A DNA stretch of 51,052 nucleotides from positions 1-51,052 of the forward strand of contig RBNJ01000024.1 in the NCBI GenBank assembly GCA_003990765.1. Direction: 5' to 3'. This document shows, piece after piece, positions 49,371 to 51,052 of this stretch (positions are counted from its first letter, which is position 1; every line of letters begins with the position of its first letter). Made by a program: the position numbers and the translations under genes. The stretch is from Jimgerdemannia flammicorona. Its lineage: Eukaryota. Below the pieces are notes generated by a model, which saw only the letters and a list, made by a program, of their open reading frames with translations, was not told where the DNA came from and did no database searches.

Positions 49371-51052
49371 CCCAACAGCTCCTCCCACCGTAATACCTTC
49401 TCCTGTCACCCCGCCTGCCGCCCCTCCTCGAATACAAAAAGCCAATGGCCTGCCATCCCCACCCACATTGCCAATACCCACCCTACAGTAATCCAACTAT
49501 CACCCACCCCCCCCACCAGCCGAGACCTCAAGTCCTCCCAGCGGCCTCCTATATCCGCTGGCCTCCGCGCCACACCCAGTCTATTGCCTATTTCTACCCA
49601 AAAGTCCCCCAATACCTCACACTCCCCCAGCCAATGTTCCGGCGTCTGCACAAATCTCCCATCTTGCCCTACATTGTAACACTCCTCACAATCAAATTGG
49701 CCACCAACCACCAGATGCCCAGTGCGAAAATTCAGCATGACATTCCTCCGCAGCATTTGCCACCACACCACCCAGTACTTGGGAGGAAGCCAGCTCCGCA
49801 CCTCAGCACTCCAAGACCAGATACCCGCCCAGTTCCACTCCTCGCCGATCCCTGCCCCCTGCCAGCCACTCGGCCTAAGATCCTGGCCAAGACCCTGCTG
49901 ACACTCCACCCCATCTCTAAGATTAAATGTTTCAATTGGAGCACCCCCCAGCAGAAGTCCATCCCATCTCCACATATCAGGTCCCCACACCCCCTCCCCC
50001 TCATTGTTCTGCCAGCGCAGACCAATCCGGTGGGCGCCGTCCACCACATCCCACCAAAAGCCTTTAAACCGCAGCCTCCTACTTCCATTCAGCCCTACCA
50101 GAGCGAGCAGATCCCCAGAGGACCCTCGAGGGGAGGTCCTCATCTCCCACACCTTCTGCAGCAATGGCACCCAACTCCCACCCCACAGTTCAGCAGCTCT
50201 TTTCAACCACCAGGCACGCAAGCAGTGCAACCTCTTAGGGAAATCTATGAGGCCAAGACCCCCCCTGACCACCAGCATTGCAAGAGTATCCCAACCAATC
50301 TGGGACCTCCTCCCTGCCCAAATCCAATTTCTCGCCATCTTCGTCAGCCTCTTCACCACCCAAGCTGGGAAGTCCAGGTGATAGGCCACGTACCATAGCT
50401 TGGGGAACCAGTATATATTCAGAATCGACACCCTCCCCACCAGAGAGATATGGTGGCCTCCCCAGCTGCGAAGGGCCTCCCCCCAAATAGTCACCCTGCT
50501 CTCCCACCACCCTCGTGGCAAGACAGAACCATATACAGAGAGGAAGATGCCCAGGTATCGCACCACCTCACCCATGGGGACAATTGTTCCAATGACATCC
50601 CCACCCACTAGCCCATTTCCAAGCACCATAGTCTCACACTTATGCCAGTTGAGCTTCGCCCCTGAGTGCACCTCATACCATTCCACTGTCTCCTTGGGAG
50701 CCTCAACATCTGCTACAGACCCAAGTCCGACCACCATATCATCAGCAAAGGCCCCCACCTTCCACTCTATACCATAAATAGAGAGCCCTGCCACCTTCCG
50801 GCGAATCCTATCCATCAATGGCTCTAATGAAAGGGCATAGAGAATAGGGGACAGAGGGTCCCCCTGAGGAACTCCTCTATCCAGGGCGAACACCAGACCA
50901 CGGTGACCATTACACATCAGTACCACTCGACTACTCTCCAGCAGACTCAACATAGAGGTCCGAAATCCTGATGGAACACCAATCCGGTCCAATACCTTGC
51001 CCAGCCAAACCCGTCGTACTCGGTCATAGGCCTTCTCCTGGTCCAAAAAGAC
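49371..51052 (-). mobile_element. L1/Tx1-like LINE copy C with an intact RT plus Cys-rich ORF2 segment, running off the window edge
   Basis: 546 aa open frame 49406..51046: DQEKAYDRV, GVPQGDPLSP, FADD, YLGI, GGLGL, CEEC...HWLGEC; CpG-rich, suggesting a young copy. Confidence 0.93.

Noticed and set aside
49445-50398. 317 aa Pro/His-rich plus-strand ORF and other plus-strand ORFs at 47.4-50.8 kb
   Set aside because: Antisense shadows of G-rich LINE ORF2 coding sequence.

Overview
Fungal nuclear DNA, probably Mucoromycota and possibly Endogonales-like. This is inferred from the intron-rich genes, the transposon families and a Mollicutes-like insert. Four host genes look intact: RACK1/cpc2 (21649-23501, with an intronic U24-type C/D snoRNA), a PTC2/3-type PP2C, a DLD2-type D-2-hydroxyacid dehydrogenase and a PRS5-like PRPP synthetase. 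Most of the rest is mobile DNA decayed by C>T/G>A transitions. It includes a near-complete Ty3/Gypsy chromovirus (1-10109) nested in a second, minus-strand Gypsy (10110-~16120), L1/Tx1-like LINE fragments, Copia, integrase and Sola-like remnants, and a foldback/MITE family. Four observations stand out. (1) A ~2 kb intronless, CpG-retaining frame at 19194-21237 (-) gives ~680 aa once four single-base indels are repaired. It reads as a cap guanine-N7 methyltransferase-like domain followed by a guanylyltransferase-like domain, the reverse of the usual fusion order, with degenerate catalytic motifs; it is a candidate endogenous viral element. (2) Both Gypsy families have very long LTRs whose U3 region encodes a related ~280-365 aa acidic protein. 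(3) Both also carry a dUTPase and an adjacent CPH-x12-CxxC module, in different polyprotein positions. (4) An A-rich segment at ~35570-37490 reads best with TGA=Trp and resembles DNA from Mollicutes-related endobacteria. All family assignments come from motif recognition by eye; no database search was run.
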